Shown here piece after piece: positions 38,572 through 47,519 of a stretch of 64,000 nucleotides of DNA. Made by a program: the position numbers and the translations under genes. The DNA is from Deltaproteobacteria bacterium. GTDB lineage: Bacteria > Desulfobacterota > Dissulfuribacteria > Dissulfuribacterales > DYLC01. The notes below the pieces were generated by a model, which ran no database searches, was not told the origin of the DNA, and was given only the letters and a program-made list of their open reading frames with translations. The DNA lies in NCBI GenBank assembly GCA_028695735.1, contig JAQVIJ010000001.1, forward strand, positions 582,447 through 646,446, in the 5' to 3' direction. How positions within the stretch are numbered: position 1 is the stretch's first letter; every line of letters starts with the position of its first letter.

Positions 38572-39210
38572 TTATATTTTGGCAAACAGTTTCTGCTTCA
38601 TGATATTGAATTCGTCCAGAGATATCAGGCCTTTTTCGTAAAGACTGCTCAGCCGTTCCAGATGTGTCAGCGCATCGTTTCCGCTCTGTGTCTGCGCATA
38701 ATAGGCCGACGGCGGTATGTCGGATGGATAGAGGAATATGGGCTGGCTGGGCTGGACCGGCGGTTCCGTCTGTTTCAGGCGGTCGAGTTCCTCGATCCGC
38801 TTCAAAAGCGCCTGGTTTTCTTTGAGCATCAGGATCCTCTCGCAGGCATTCTGCACACAGATCTCCAGTTCGTCCAGTCGAAACGGCTTGCGGATGTAAT
38901 CGTAGGCCCCGCCGTGAATGGCCTCTATGGCGGTGTCGAGGGAGGCATAGCCTGTCATGATGATTATCATGATCTCTGGATAGAGTTCCTTGGCCTTTTT
39001 CATAACCTCCATACCGTCTGCGCCCGGCATCATGAGGTCGGTGATGAGCAGGTCGTATGGTTGTGATTGGAGGGCTGCTATGGCATCCAGGCCGTTATAG
39101 ACGATCTGGAGCCGTCTTCCCGGCTGGGAAAGGCTGTTTACGAGCAGATCCCCTGTGGCCTTTTCATCTTCTGCGATAAGGATTCTGATGGATGGGCGTT
39201 CATCTGTCAT
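38572..39210 (-). CDS. Response regulator with receiver domain and a C-terminal SHOCT-like domain
   Basis: 212 aa. REC motifs (ILIAEDE, LLITDLMMPGADG, MTGY, KPF). The C-terminus LERLSSLYEKGLISLDEFNIMKQKL resembles SHOCT. Confidence 0.8.
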   Translation of the reverse strand: MTDERPSIRILIAEDEKATGDLLVNSLSQPGRRLQIVYNGLDAIAALQSQPYDLLITDLMMPGADGMEVMKKAKELYPEIMIIIMTGYASLDTAIEAIHGGAYDYIRKPFRLDELEICVQNACERILMLKENQALLKRIEELDRLKQTEPPVQPSQPIFLYPSDIPPSAYYAQTQSGNDALTHLERLSSLYEKGLISLDEFNIMKQKLFAKI

Positions 39211-39659
39211 GTATTCAGCCTGTTGAACGAAGTATGGGCGTATTGCATAGGCCCAGTATAGGGCATGTATAAGTTTATCTTTCAGATATATGACATTTTT
39301 TTTGCAAGATGTAAATGGCTGTCAAGCATTGTTGAGGAAATTATATGGATTTTTGAGCTTGTTTTTTGTTGTGAATGGTGGTAAAGGGCATAAAAATCGC
39401 AGCCTTCTTCATTTGCTGGTGGAGTTAATGATCGAACGCGGGCGACCGAGGAGCATACATACACGCCGCCGGCTCACGAATTCAGGGCCTTTTCATTTCG
39501 AGGTATGAACAAAATTAAATGGAAGACTATCACAGTTTAAGCGTATTTCGTTTGACTCTCAAATTTGGCGCCGCTACGCAACCAAGGCTGCTGCGCATGT
39601 GACGGTTTTGCACGCCCTGATTTACGTGCCTGTTCACTTGCGGCATTCTGGTTTGCGGA

Positions 39660-42338
39660 GTGTGGAGGTGGACAGTGCAAGGGCAAAATTCGTTCAAAAC
39701 AGACCCCCTTTTAAAAGAAAACAATGCAGGGCTCGGCCAGACAGATTCGGCTACAGAGTCCAGATTCATAGAATTCTGTCTATTACCCCTTCAAGATACC
39801 CTCTCAAGGCTTCGCACATCAATAAACGGTCTATCCTCGGAAGAGGCCGTCCGCAGATTGGCTGAATACGGGCCAAATGAGCCTGCCGAAACCAAAAGAC
39901 TGGGCCTTTTGCTGGAACTCCTTTCGAGATTGAAAAATCCGTTGAACCTTCAGCTGGCGGCCATCGCCTTTCTGTCCTTTTTGCTTGGGGAGGGGCTGGC
40001 CTCGGCTATCGTCCTGTCCATGATCGTTCTGAGTATGGGGTTATCCTTCGTGCTGGACAGGCGTTCTACAAAGGCCGTGGAGTCACTGGGTAAGCGTGTT
40101 CAGTCCAGGACCGTTGTGCTGCGGGACGGCGTCGAGACGGAGATTCGTATCTCCGAGGTCGTGCCGGGGGATATCGTGGTGCTCAGCGCCGGTTCCATTA
40201 TCCCTGCCGATGTGCGCTTGATTACGGCCAAGGATTTTTTTGTCAGCGAATCGGCCTTGACGGGTGAGTCCATGCCGGTGGAAAAGACCTCTGCGCCTTT
40301 ATCAGGTGGAGAGAAGAATAGAGCCATTGCCCTGAGTAACGCCTGTTTCCTGGGGACATTTGTGGTCAGTGGAGCGGCCAGGGCCCTGGTTGTCAACACA
40401 GGCAAGGGCACGCTTTTTGGCTCCATTGCCCAGAGCCTTACAGAACACCGGCACGAGACGAGTTTCGATAAGGGGATCAAGTCCCTGACCTGGCTGCTGA
40501 TGCGCCTTATGCTGGTGGTTGTGTCTATAGTCTTTTTAATCGTTGGGTTGACCAAAGGAAACTGGCTGGAGGCCCTGCTTTTCGGCCTTTCCGTGGCTGT
40601 GGGTCTTACGCCCGAGATGCTTCCCATGATTCTCACAGTGAACCTGGCCAAGGGTGCCCTGAGCATGGCGAAAAAGAAGGTCATCGTCAAACAGCTGCCT
40701 GCCATTCAGAACTTCGGTGCCATAGACATTCTATGTACAGACAAGACAGGCACGCTCACGCAGGACCGGGTGGTGCTGGAGAGGCATGTGGACATCATCG
40801 GGAACGAGAGCGAGGATGTCCTGAGCTATGCCTATCTCAACAGTTATTACCAGACAGGCCTTAGAAGCCTCATCGACCGCGCTGTACTCGACTATACGAA
40901 TCTGGATGCGGAACGCAATTGCAGGCTGGTGGACGAGCTGCCCTTTGATTTCCAGCGCAAACGCATGTCCGTGGTGGTGGACTATGAAGGCGACCATGTG
41001 CTCATCTGCAAGGGTGCTGTGGAGGAGATATACGGCTGTTGTACGCACTATCAGATAGGTGACGAGGTATATCCGCTGATAGACCTGCTCAGGGCCGAAC
41101 TCTTTGAGGACGTGGAGGAGCTGGGCAGAAACGGTTTTCGCGTGTTGGCAGTGGCATATCGGGAGTTTTCCCGGACCAAGACATCTTTTACTGTGGCTGA
41201 TGAGAGCAATCTGACCTTGCTCGGCTACATGGCCTTTTATGATCCGCCCAAGGATTCGGCCATGGACGCCATTCGTCTGCTCAAAAAGGCGGGGGTCAGC
41301 GTGAGGGTGCTGACCGGTGACAACGCCCTGGTGACTCAGAAGGTGTGTGTGGATGTGGGGTTGCAGGTGGGCCGCGTGGTGACTGGAAGTGAGCTGGCCG
41401 CCCTTTCTGAAAGGGATTTCGCAAAGGTGGTGCACGACGCCCAAGCCTTCGTCAAGCTCAGCCCTTCACAGAAGGAACAGATAGTCAAGGAGTTGCGCTC
41501 CCATGGTCATGTGGTGGGCTTTATGGGAGACGGTATCAATGACGTCCCTGCCCTGAAGGCTGCGGATGTGGGCATCTCTGTGGATTCAGCCGTGGATGTG
41601 GCCAAGGAGGCCGCGGATATCGTATTGTTGGAGAAGAGCCTGCTGGTCTTGGAAGAGGGGATTTTGGAGGGCAGGCGGGTCTTTATGAACATCATAAAAT
41701 ATATTCGAATGGGCGCCAGTTCCAATTTCGGCAATATGTTCAGCGTGATAGGGGCCAGTTATTTGCTGCCGTTTCTGCCCATGCAGCCCATTCAGATACT
41801 TACAAATAATCTCCTCTACGATTTTTCCCAGACAGGCATTCCAACGGACAATGTGGATGAGGAGCTCATTGCAAAACCGCTCAAATGGGATATCGAGGGC
41901 ATCAAGCGTTTTATCTTTTGCATAGGCCCCATCAGTTCCGTATTTGACTATGCCACATTCGCCCTTATGTGGTTTTATTATCGGGCGAATATCTTTGTGA
42001 ATGAAGCGGCTACGGCGGCCCAGAAGGGTTATGCCGAGCGTCTTTTTCAGACAGGCTGGTTTGTTGAGTCGCTTATTACTCAGACCCTCATCGTGTATAT
42101 CATCAGAACCAAGCGGATTCCTTTTGTTGAGAGTCAGCCGTCCCTGCCCATGCTCCTTGTAACTGTAATGGTTATGGCCTGTTGCGCCTGGTTGCCTTAT
42201 TCACCACTTTCTTCGTATCTTGGCATGGTGCCGCTGCCGGCGTCCTACTGGCTCTGGATAGCCGGATTCATGCTGTCCTACGGCGTTATAACCCACTGGG
42301 TCAAGCTGTGGTTTTATAAAAAATATAGAGGTCATTGA
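39660..42338 (+). CDS. mgtA: Magnesium-translocating P-type ATPase
   Basis: 892 aa. CTDKTGTLTQ phosphorylation site, TGES, GDGINDVPALKAADVGISV and an MgtA-type N-terminus (GLSSEEAVRRLAEYGPNE). The start is non-ATG and uncertain. Confidence 0.9.
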   Translation: MWRWTVQGQNSFKTDPLLKENNAGLGQTDSATESRFIEFCLLPLQDTLSRLRTSINGLSSEEAVRRLAEYGPNEPAETKRLGLLLELLSRLKNPLNLQLAAIAFLSFLLGEGLASAIVLSMIVLSMGLSFVLDRRSTKAVESLGKRVQSRTVVLRDGVETEIRISEVVPGDIVVLSAGSIIPADVRLITAKDFFVSESALTGESMPVEKTSAPLSGGEKNRAIALSNACFLGTFVVSGAARALVVNTGKGTLFGSIAQSLTEHRHETSFDKGIKSLTWLLMRLMLVVVSIVFLIVGLTKGNWLEALLFGLSVAVGLTPEMLPMILTVNLAKGALSMAKKKVIVKQLPAIQNFGAIDILCTDKTGTLTQDRVVLERHVDIIGNESEDVLSYAYLNSYYQTGLRSLIDRAVLDYTNLDAERNCRLVDELPFDFQRKRMSVVVDYEGDHVLICKGAVEEIYGCCTHYQIGDEVYPLIDLLRAELFEDVEELGRNGFRVLAVAYREFSRTKTSFTVADESNLTLLGYMAFYDPPKDSAMDAIRLLKKAGVSVRVLTGDNALVTQKVCVDVGLQVGRVVTGSELAALSERDFAKVVHDAQAFVKLSPSQKEQIVKELRSHGHVVGFMGDGINDVPALKAADVGISVDSAVDVAKEAADIVLLEKSLLVLEEGILEGRRVFMNIIKYIRMGASSNFGNMFSVIGASYLLPFLPMQPIQILTNNLLYDFSQTGIPTDNVDEELIAKPLKWDIEGIKRFIFCIGPISSVFDYATFALMWFYYRANIFVNEAATAAQKGYAERLFQTGWFVESLITQTLIVYIIRTKRIPFVESQPSLPMLLVTVMVMACCAWLPYSPLSSYLGMVPLPASYWLWIAGFMLSYGVITHWVKLWFYKKYRGH

Positions 42339-42340
42339 TC

Positions 42341-43147
42341 ATGGATACACTGTTAGACGCCCTTCAGGAAGGAAGATTGTTTGAGCTGCCGGAGAACGAC
42401 AAGGCGGACGCCATGCAGTTTCTCGCCCACATCATTGAGGCCTTTCCCGACATACCGCCGGGCACTGATATCGTTTCTGATGTCCTGGCCAGGGAAAAGG
42501 CCATCAATTCCTCCATAGGCAACGGATGGGCATGTCCGCAGGCAAAGGTGCCTTTTGAAGGAGACCTCATGTGTGTTGTTGGGTGGAGCCCCAATGGTAT
42601 TGATTACGGGGCCAGGGACGGTCGTGCCGTTTCGCTGATGGTCATGCACCTTGTGCCCATAAACCAGCGGAATCATTATCTGCGTGAGATTTCCATACTG
42701 GCCAAGGCCATAGAGGCCAGACCCGATGTGTCAAGGCTGGAGCGGGCCGCTGATTTGAATGATGTCAGGAATTATCTGCTGGACCTGATCTCCGAGACCA
42801 AGGGCATAGTCGGGCCTGACTCCAGGGCCCGTATGATAAAGCTTCAGGCGAAGATGATGCCCGAACCTCAAGGGGTATGGGATGTAGCCGGCCTGACAGT
42901 GGAGCCGGTTACTCTCATATTCGGGCCTGGTATGCAGAAGCCGCTGGTGTTGGGGCATAACGCCGGACTGGTGGAATGGCTGGACAGCGTTTCGGGTGTG
43001 TTGGAGTCTATCGAGACCGATGGTTTTTATCAGAATGGCAGTTGGCGGATCATGCGCTGGCAGAGTACGAATTTTCAGGGTGGGCGAGTGCTTTACAAGT
43101 GCATCGCCATGGCGACCGGTGGTTTGCCGGTTCGAAAATCCAGATAA
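42341..43147 (+). CDS. PTS EIIA(Ntr/Fru)-like domain protein with a degenerate phospho-site and an unknown C-terminal domain
   Basis: The start lies 3 nt after the mgtA stop. The EIIA_2-like N-domain reads GNGWACPQAK where canonical proteins have G-I-A-I-P-H-A, so His is replaced by Gln. The roughly 130-aa C-terminal region has no motif I recognise. Confidence 0.55.
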   Translation: MDTLLDALQEGRLFELPENDKADAMQFLAHIIEAFPDIPPGTDIVSDVLAREKAINSSIGNGWACPQAKVPFEGDLMCVVGWSPNGIDYGARDGRAVSLMVMHLVPINQRNHYLREISILAKAIEARPDVSRLERAADLNDVRNYLLDLISETKGIVGPDSRARMIKLQAKMMPEPQGVWDVAGLTVEPVTLIFGPGMQKPLVLGHNAGLVEWLDSVSGVLESIETDGFYQNGSWRIMRWQSTNFQGGRVLYKCIAMATGGLPVRKSR

Positions 43148-43523
43148 GTGGACATGAAAGCCTTGACAAAGCAAAAAATGGCGTGTTAACAAGAAGACAG
43201 TTGCCTTTGAAAGGCAGGGCAGATATGTGAGTGCCCGTAAGCGGTGTGTTAACATCTGTTTTTTCCATTGGCCTGATCGAATTGAGGCAGAGGATTCAAC
43301 GGCTGGCAAGGCGCTCATTCTCGGGGCGTAAAAACTGCGCTGCCGTTAGCCCATCGTTATGACGTTCATACAAAATCATAGTCAGATAGGTAGGAGCGCA
43401 TTGCCGGCGCCCTAAAGTGCTTGCAGTTGTCATTGCTATCAAAGCAATTCCATAATTTAATATGGTAATCGGTGCTGTTTATTAGTTGGTAATGTATTTA
43501 ATCCATAAAAAGGAGTCTCACAC

Positions 43524-44072
43524 ATGAAAGAAGTACGACTTCACGGTCGCGGCGGTCAAGGTGGTGTCACCTCCGCAGAGCTGGTGGCCACGGCAGCCAT
43601 AGCTGAAGGCCGATATGCCCAGGCCTTTCCAAGCTTTGGGCCGGAGCGCAGAGGCGCTCCTGTGGCGGCCTTTGTGCGTGTAAGTGACAAACAGATCCGT
43701 ACAAGGGAAAAGGTATATCACCCTGACATCGTATTGGTGCTGGATGCGTCTTTGCCTGGTATTGTAAAGGTTTCTGATGGTCTGAAGGATGGTGGCATAG
43801 TCATCCTCAATTCCTCTCTGTGCGAAGACGATATTCGCAAACAGTTCGGCCTCACGGCCAAGCTGGCTGTGGTGGATGCCAATACCATAGCCCAAGAGGT
43901 GTTGGGCATCCCCATAACCAATACCACCATGCTTGGTGCGCTTTTAAAGGCCACAGGCATAGTGGGGCTGGATGCCATCAGCGACGCCCTGGACAAGCGC
44001 TTCGGCAAGCTGGCGGAGAAGAACAAGGCGGCCCTGAGAAGGGCCTATGAAGAGACCGTGATATACGGTTGA
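43524..44072 (+). CDS. porG: Pyruvate/2-oxoisovalerate:ferredoxin oxidoreductase gamma subunit
   Basis: 182 aa. RLHGRGGQGGVTSAELVATAA... motif. Confidence 0.85.
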   Translation: MKEVRLHGRGGQGGVTSAELVATAAIAEGRYAQAFPSFGPERRGAPVAAFVRVSDKQIRTREKVYHPDIVLVLDASLPGIVKVSDGLKDGGIVILNSSLCEDDIRKQFGLTAKLAVVDANTIAQEVLGIPITNTTMLGALLKATGIVGLDAISDALDKRFGKLAEKNKAALRRAYEETVIYG

Positions 44073-44102
44073 TGGAATCTAACAGTTTTTAAGGAGAAGA
44101 AT

Positions 44103-44414
44103 ATGGCAATAAGCGACGCCATTATAGGATGGAAGACACTGCCTTTCGGCGGCCATGTGCTGGAACCGGGCAGTACGGCCAAATTCAAGACAGGGGACTG
44201 GAAATCCCAGCGGCCTGTCACAGATAATTCCAAGTGTATCAAATGCGGCATGTGTTGGATATTTTGTCCGGAGATGGCCTATCAACAGACCAAAGAAGGC
44301 TTTTATGTGGCAAACCTGGATTATTGCAAGGGGTGTGGCATCTGTGCCCATGAGTGTCCCAAGGGTGCCATCACCATGATTGCAGAGGAGGGCGGAAAAT
44401 GTCAAAGCGCGTAG
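44103..44414 (+). CDS. porD: Pyruvate/2-oxoisovalerate:ferredoxin oxidoreductase delta subunit (2x[4Fe-4S])
   Basis: 103 aa. CIKCGMCWIFCP and CKGCGICAHECP motifs. Confidence 0.85.
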   Translation: MAISDAIIGWKTLPFGGHVLEPGSTAKFKTGDWKSQRPVTDNSKCIKCGMCWIFCPEMAYQQTKEGFYVANLDYCKGCGICAHECPKGAITMIAEEGGKCQSA

Positions 44415-45577
44415 GAGTAGAGGTTTCCATTGCAGTGGCGGATGCCGTGGCCCTGGCAAGGGCCGAGGTGATCCCCGCCTATCCCATAACCCCCCAGACA
44501 CATATCGTAGAGCACCTGTCTGAGATCGTTGCCAACGGTCATTTAGATGCGGAGTTTATTCCGGTGGAGTCAGAGCATGCGGCCATGAGCTGCGCCTGCG
44601 GTTCTTCAGCGGCCGGTGCCCGCACCTTTACTGCCACCAGCTCCCAGGGCCTTTCTTTAATGAGTGAGATTCTATATCACCCGGGTCCCATGAGATTGCC
44701 CATTGTTATGGTGGTGGCCAATAGGGCATTGGCTGCGCCCATCAGCATCTGGAACGACCATCAGGACATCATGGTTCAGAGGGATATCGGCTGGATACAG
44801 ACCTTTGCCGAGAATGGGCAAGAGGCTGTGGACCTATTGCTTCACGCCTTTAGAGTGGCTGAAGACAGGCGTGTGGCCCTGCCGTTTATTGTGAATATCG
44901 ACGGTTTTACCCTAAGCCATGTGATAGAGCCCATCATCATGCCTGATCAGGAAGAGGTGGACAGATATATTCCACCATTCAAACCTCATTATAAATTAGA
45001 CCCGAGAAAGCCTGTGAGCATGGGGCCTGTGGGCATACCCGAGGTATATACTGAAGAGAGAATGGCCCATAATGAGGCATTAAAGGCATCCAAGCGTGTG
45101 ATTCTCCAGGGTTGGAAGGAGTTTGCCGAGATATTCGGCAGGCAGTACAACCCCGTGGAGGTCTATCGCACCGAGGATGCCGAGACCTTGCTGGTCACCA
45201 TGGGCAGCATCTCCGAGACCGCCATGACCGCAGTGGATGAAATGCGCAATGCCGGCAAAAAGGTCGGTCTGGTGCGCATTCGTCTCTGGAGACCATTCCC
45301 TGGCCCGGAATTTAGAAAGGCCATCGGCAAGGCCAAGACCCTGGCTGTCATCGACAGATGCCTGCCTCCAGGCGCGGTATGCGGCCCTGTGGGCGCTGAG
45401 TTGCGCTCCCTGCTCTATCGTGTGCCTGGTGCCCCGAAGATATTCAGCTTTGTGGCAGGTCTGGGCGGCAGGGATGTGACTGTGGATAGATTCAAGGAGA
45501 TAGTGGACAAGGCAGAACTGTATGCCAAGAAACGTCCTGTAGAACTTTATGAAGTGATAGGGGTGCGCGAAAAATGA
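44399..45577 (+). CDS. porA: Pyruvate/2-oxoisovalerate:ferredoxin oxidoreductase alpha subunit
   Basis: I trimmed the start to ATG 44399. AYPITPQT, the pattern TATSSQGLSLM, and a 16-nt overlap with porD. Confidence 0.9.
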   Translation: MSKRVGVEVSIAVADAVALARAEVIPAYPITPQTHIVEHLSEIVANGHLDAEFIPVESEHAAMSCACGSSAAGARTFTATSSQGLSLMSEILYHPGPMRLPIVMVVANRALAAPISIWNDHQDIMVQRDIGWIQTFAENGQEAVDLLLHAFRVAEDRRVALPFIVNIDGFTLSHVIEPIIMPDQEEVDRYIPPFKPHYKLDPRKPVSMGPVGIPEVYTEERMAHNEALKASKRVILQGWKEFAEIFGRQYNPVEVYRTEDAETLLVTMGSISETAMTAVDEMRNAGKKVGLVRIRLWRPFPGPEFRKAIGKAKTLAVIDRCLPPGAVCGPVGAELRSLLYRVPGAPKIFSFVAGLGGRDVTVDRFKEIVDKAELYAKKRPVELYEVIGVREK

Positions 45578-46509
45578 TACCTGAACTCGAAAAATTTGTC
45601 GGCTTTTCCGCCAAGAACCTCCCAAAAGATGAACCCCTTGCCTCTGGTCACAGGGCTTGTCAGGGTTGTGGAGAGGTATTGGCCCTGCGCATGGTCATGA
45701 AGGCCCTGGGCAGGGATGTAATAGTTTGCAATGCCACAGGCTGCATGGAGATCGTCACATCTCCCTTTCCACAGACCGCATGGAATGTGCCGTGGATACA
45801 CATAGCCTTTGAAAACGCCGCCTCTGTTGCCTCCGGCGTAGAGGCCGCCCGCAAGGTCCTGGCCCGCAAAGGTAAGATTCCCAAGAAGCATGTGGACATC
45901 CTGGCAGTGGGAGGTGACGGCGCCACTGGTGACATCGGCCTTCAGTGGATCTCCGGCGCCATGGAGCGTGGTCATGACTTTTTATATGTGTGTCTGGATA
46001 ACGAGGCATACATGAATACAGGTGTTCAGCGCTCAGGTTGTACGCCATACGGCGCCATGACCACCACCAGCCCTCCGGGCTCCCAGAGCTTCGGCCAGGT
46101 GACATGGAAAAAGAACGTGCCTGCCATTATGGCGGCCCATGGCATCAAATATGTTGCCACGGCCTCGCCTGCCTATTACCTGGACCTCATGAATAAGGTC
46201 AAGAAGGCGGCCATGGTCAAGGGGCCTGCCTATGTGCATATCTATTCGCCCTGTCCCACTGGTTGGGGAAGCGCTGGAGAGCGTTCCATTGAGATCGCCC
46301 GGTTGGTCGTGGAGACCAAGGTCTTTCCCCTCTACGAGGTCATAGACGGCAAGTACATAATGAGCCGTAAGATCACCAAACCCAAGCCTGTAACCGAATA
46401 TCTCAAGACGCAACGCCGTTTCCGTCATCTGAAAGAGGAACAGATAAATTACATACAGGCCAGAGTGGATGCCGAGTATGAAAAACTCTTAAAGCTTTCG
46501 GAGATGTAA
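45574..46509 (+). CDS. porB: Pyruvate/2-oxoisovalerate:ferredoxin oxidoreductase beta subunit (TPP)
   Basis: 311 aa. CQGCG, GGDGATGDIG...LDNEAYMNTGVQ TPP motif. ATGA overlap with porA. Confidence 0.9.
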   Translation: MIPELEKFVGFSAKNLPKDEPLASGHRACQGCGEVLALRMVMKALGRDVIVCNATGCMEIVTSPFPQTAWNVPWIHIAFENAASVASGVEAARKVLARKGKIPKKHVDILAVGGDGATGDIGLQWISGAMERGHDFLYVCLDNEAYMNTGVQRSGCTPYGAMTTTSPPGSQSFGQVTWKKNVPAIMAAHGIKYVATASPAYYLDLMNKVKKAAMVKGPAYVHIYSPCPTGWGSAGERSIEIARLVVETKVFPLYEVIDGKYIMSRKITKPKPVTEYLKTQRRFRHLKEEQINYIQARVDAEYEKLLKLSEM

Positions 46510-46538
46510 AATGACTCCTCAAGTCATGTGATTTTTTC

Positions 46539-46571
46539 GCCTCCTTTTTTTGAAAAAGGAGGCTTTTTTTT
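46539..46571 (+). terminator. Rho-independent terminator after porB
   Basis: GCCTCCTTTTT / AAAAAGGAGGC 11-bp stem followed by T8. A smaller ATGACT/AGTCAT hairpin lies just upstream. Confidence 0.8.
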
Positions 46572-46574
46572 GCC

Positions 46575-47507
46575 ATGAACAACCGATTGAGCGTAAAACA
46601 CATATTGGGTGTGGAGCAGCTTACCCTGGAGGATATACGCCTCATTCTTGACACAGCAGAGGCCTTAAAGGAGATATTGGATCGCCCCATTAAGAAGGTG
46701 CCGCCGCTGCGTGGCTGCACTGTGGTGACCCTCTTCTTTGAGCCCAGCACCCGCACACGGCTCTCCTTTGAGCTGGCGGCGAAACGTCTAAGTGCTGATA
46801 CCGTCTCCGTGTCTGCTGCCACCAGCAGTGTGCTCAAGGGTGAAACCCTTCTGGATACCGTCAAAAATGTAGAGGCCATGCGGCCTGACATACTGGTTGT
46901 GCGGCACTCCTCTTCAGGCGCCCCTCATTTTTTGGCCCGACACCTCACCGGTTGCTCTGTCATCAATGCAGGAGACGGCATAAACCAGCATCCCACTCAG
47001 GCCCTGCTGGACCTCTTTACTGTGCGGGAGCGTTTAGGCCGGGTGAAAGGGCTCAAGATAGCCATTTTAGGCGATATCCTGCACAGTCGAGTGGCCCATT
47101 CCGATATCCGTATCTTTAAGGCCATGGGTGCCCATGTCTTTGTGTCAGGGCCCGCCAGTCTGCTGCCCATTGGCCTGGAGGCACTGGGGGCTTGTGTGAC
47201 TACCAAGGTGGAAGAGGCATTGGCGAGTGCGGATGTGGTGATGCTTTTAAGGCTTCAGAAGGAGAGGCAGGGCAGGTCCCTTATCCCTTCTGAGCGCGAG
47301 TATGCCAATTTTTTTGGCCTGGTCCAGGAAAGATGTCTGAATTTGGCCTCCGATGCCATTTTCATGCACCCTGGGCCCATCAATCGGGGTGTAGAGCTCA
47401 CTTCGGAATTGGCTGACTCACAGCAATCGGTCATTTTGAATCAGGTAACCAACGGCGTGGCGGTTCGAATGGCCATTTTGTCCCTTTTATGGGCTGACCG
47501 GAGTTGA
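46575..47507 (+). CDS. pyrB: Aspartate carbamoyltransferase catalytic subunit
   Basis: 310 aa. [16 protein letters not shown] and HPGP motifs. Confidence 0.95.
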   Translation: MNNRLSVKHILGVEQLTLEDIRLILDTAEALKEILDRPIKKVPPLRGCTVVTLFFEPSTRTRLSFELAAKRLSADTVSVSAATSSVLKGETLLDTVKNVEAMRPDILVVRHSSSGAPHFLARHLTGCSVINAGDGINQHPTQALLDLFTVRERLGRVKGLKIAILGDILHSRVAHSDIRIFKAMGAHVFVSGPASLLPIGLEALGACVTTKVEEALASADVVMLLRLQKERQGRSLIPSEREYANFFGLVQERCLNLASDAIFMHPGPINRGVELTSELADSQQSVILNQVTNGVAVRMAILSLLWADRS

Positions 47508-47519
47508 AGGAGGCTTGTG

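Noticed and set aside
39211-39659. Possible Mg2+ riboswitch (M-box) or leader peptide upstream of mgtA. The region contains GCCGCTACGC and CCAAGGC strings reminiscent of M-box fragments.
   Set aside because: The hallmark GTTAGGTGAGGCTCC-type 5' core and the overall M-box architecture are not recognisable by eye. This needs an Rfam/Infernal scan, so I do not call it.
44070-44105. porG and porD are in the same reading frame, separated by a single TGA with no other stop before the porD ATG. This could be a second Sec read-through.
   Set aside because: porD has its own strong RBS (AAGGAGAAG) and ATG. Gamma and delta are normally separate subunits, and the 10 intervening codons match no conserved sequence. 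The shared frame is most likely coincidence.
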